Positions 62,091 to 64,000 of a DNA stretch of 64,000 nt are shown piece by piece. The notes beneath the pieces are model-generated. The model was not told where the DNA came from, did not search any database, and saw only the letters and a list, made by a program, of their open reading frames with translations. The position numbers and the translations under genes are program-made. The DNA comes from Neoconidiobolus thromboides FSU 785 (Eukaryota; Fungi; Entomophthoromycota): assembly GCA_025603075.1 (NCBI GenBank), contig MU626262.1:62001-126000 (forward strand), read 5' to 3'. Positions within the stretch are counted from its first letter, which is position 1. Every line of letters starts with the position of its first letter.

Positions 62091-63538
62091 GTCGAAGTAA
62101 AAATGATTGATATGACAAATTTTTCTTTCTTTTTAAACCTTTTTGGGTGTGTAGAATTGTTGTCGTCATCTATTATTTCAACAAATCTGATGAAACGTCA
62201 ACCTAAGAATAGTGCCAATTATTTATTTGATAACACAATTTGATTGAGTATAATTATAAGGGTTAAATGTGGGTAGTAAGTGTAAGTGCCAAAAAAATTG
62301 GGATTAAACCAATCACCTTTATATGTAAGGTAACTAACATTTATTTAATTTCTCCTTTTTTTAATAGCAAAACTGACAAAAAAAACTCGTTATTTAAAGG
62401 AGTAAAAAGCTAAACATAAAGTGAATGAATGTCTGATTAATAATTGAACACAGATGCCTTTTTTACCCGCTATTTTTTGCTTTTTATCCTTAAATTGATG
62501 TTTTTAGTTAAGTCATCTATCAAATGAAAACATATCCATATGTTATTTAGACTTCATATTTTCAAAAAATTAAAATTGTAATCATCCACATCCAATAAAA
62601 AGACACAAAAAAATGGTTTTTAAAAAACGAACTCTAGTTAAAGCTAACAGTAGTATAATTGAAAATTTCTTAATCATTGGCTCAATTTGACTAAAGGATA
62701 AATGATTCCAATTTAAAATGAAAGTTTAGGTAAACTAGGGTTAAAAGCTCAAATCATTAATTGCAATAGATAAATTACTATCAAACTTCTTTTTTTATAA
62801 ATCGCTAACAAGCTTTCTAAATTTAAATTTCAAGTATTTTCATCTGAACTAATGTCTTCAACTAAGAACTTTTTATCTTTTAGTTTAAGTAAAGCTTTTG
62901 TCATGCTATTAATTGCTTCACATTTGACTTAAAAGTGATTGGTAGGAAGATAAAAAAAATTATCCGAAATCAGCCAATCAGTTATGATTATTTGTTTAAA
63001 TAAACTCAAATCAAAACAATTTTAATAGTTTATAACACATTTTTATAAAAATAAAAATAAATTTCATCATGTAGAATCTACCAAATTCTAATGCAAAAAT
63101 TAAATAAACGCAAATCTAACCTTATCTTTAATCACTTAACTTTTTTATAAATTAAAACTAATATAATAGCTAAATAATGTTAATTTGAAGTTAAAATAAG
63201 TTAAGGTTAAAGCTATAATTTAGAAACAATATAAAATGTTAATATTCTTTAATTTAAAATACTTGTGTTTATTTTTAATTAAACTATTATTAATTTATCT
63301 AAGTAAGTGTAATTATATTATAATGCAAACTTGTCATAAATATAAAAGTTATTAGCTTTAAAATTACTATGTTTTAATCAAAAATACTTTAAATAAGATA
63401 ACACTATTTATATGAATTAAGTTGAATAAAAAAGTTTGAATCAGTTTAGACTTTTAATAATTTTAAATAGTTTAAAATTGATTATGAAATATAATACTAT
63501 AAATGATAAGAATTTGTTAAAATTTATTAATAATGATA

Positions 63539-63642
63539 TATGGGAGTGTTTTCTTGGCTTCATTGCTTTTTATATCTTTTAAGCGCTATTTGAGCGGAAA
63601 ATTTTTTAGTAAAATTCTTGAACATAAAAATACATCCCCATA
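63539..63642 (+). mobile_element. MITE copy
   Basis: ATATGGGAGTGTTTTCTT...AAAAATACATCCCCATAT; 100 bp between the TA dinucleotides. Confidence 0.9.
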
Positions 63643-63980
63643 TATTAGCTTTTTAAATTATTTTTATTTATTGGAATTTAATATAGACTGTATTTATTAA
63701 ACAATAAGTATTAATTAACAAAACTGGTTTTTATATTATTTTGCTTTAAATACTTCTAGTTTATTTATTAATAAAAACTCTAAATAACTTTTAATAAAAA
63801 ATGTATTAATGCTTTTAAAAAAAAACTATTTTTAATATATTAAAGCATAATAATATAACGTATATATACAAATTTAGTATACTTAGTAGTCTTTATTTTA
63901 TATTATTTAACACTTAATTTACTTAAATATTACTTAAAAATAGAAAAAATGACAAAGTTAAAAAAACACCCCTATTTAAC

Positions 63981-64000
63981 TGTGAAATCTAATACTCAGT
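63981..64000 (+). mobile_element. Probable start of a third LTR-like repeat copy (runs off window)
   Basis: TGTGAAATCTAATACTCAGT vs TGTGAAATCTGGTACTCAGT at 5824. Only 20 bp are visible. Confidence 0.45.

Overview
This is AT-rich eukaryotic DNA with short GT-AG introns. The gene content fits an early-diverging fungus, possibly Entomophthorales/Conidiobolus-like (inference only). Two 100-N scaffold gaps split the window into three contigs (1-21878, 21979-60929, 61030-64000). Core blocks are mostly intron-containing: DNA2, NDUFA8 and PHO88/SND3 at 10-20 kb; NAP1, a PDK/BCKDK-family kinase, a MIR protein, NDUFB9, trypsin, a plant-type PEX22 and septin CDC11 at 37-49 kb. Accessory blocks are intronless and turning over. 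They hold 10 class-3 lipase loci in two subfamilies, 2-3 isocitrate lyase copies (one with a Gln/Ser repeat tail), 4 paralogs of an unrecognised Cys-rich tail-hydrophobic protein (3 broken), and 2 F-box/LRR pseudogenes. The window also has a tRNA-Ala(TGC), solo-LTR-like repeats, and about 12 near-full-length copies of a ~100-bp MITE at ATAT sites. Three MITE insertions can be excised in silico to restore in-frame coding sequence. The leading candidate system is a lipid-utilisation neighbourhood: lipase array, isocitrate lyase, peroxin, dehydrogenase kinase and protease.
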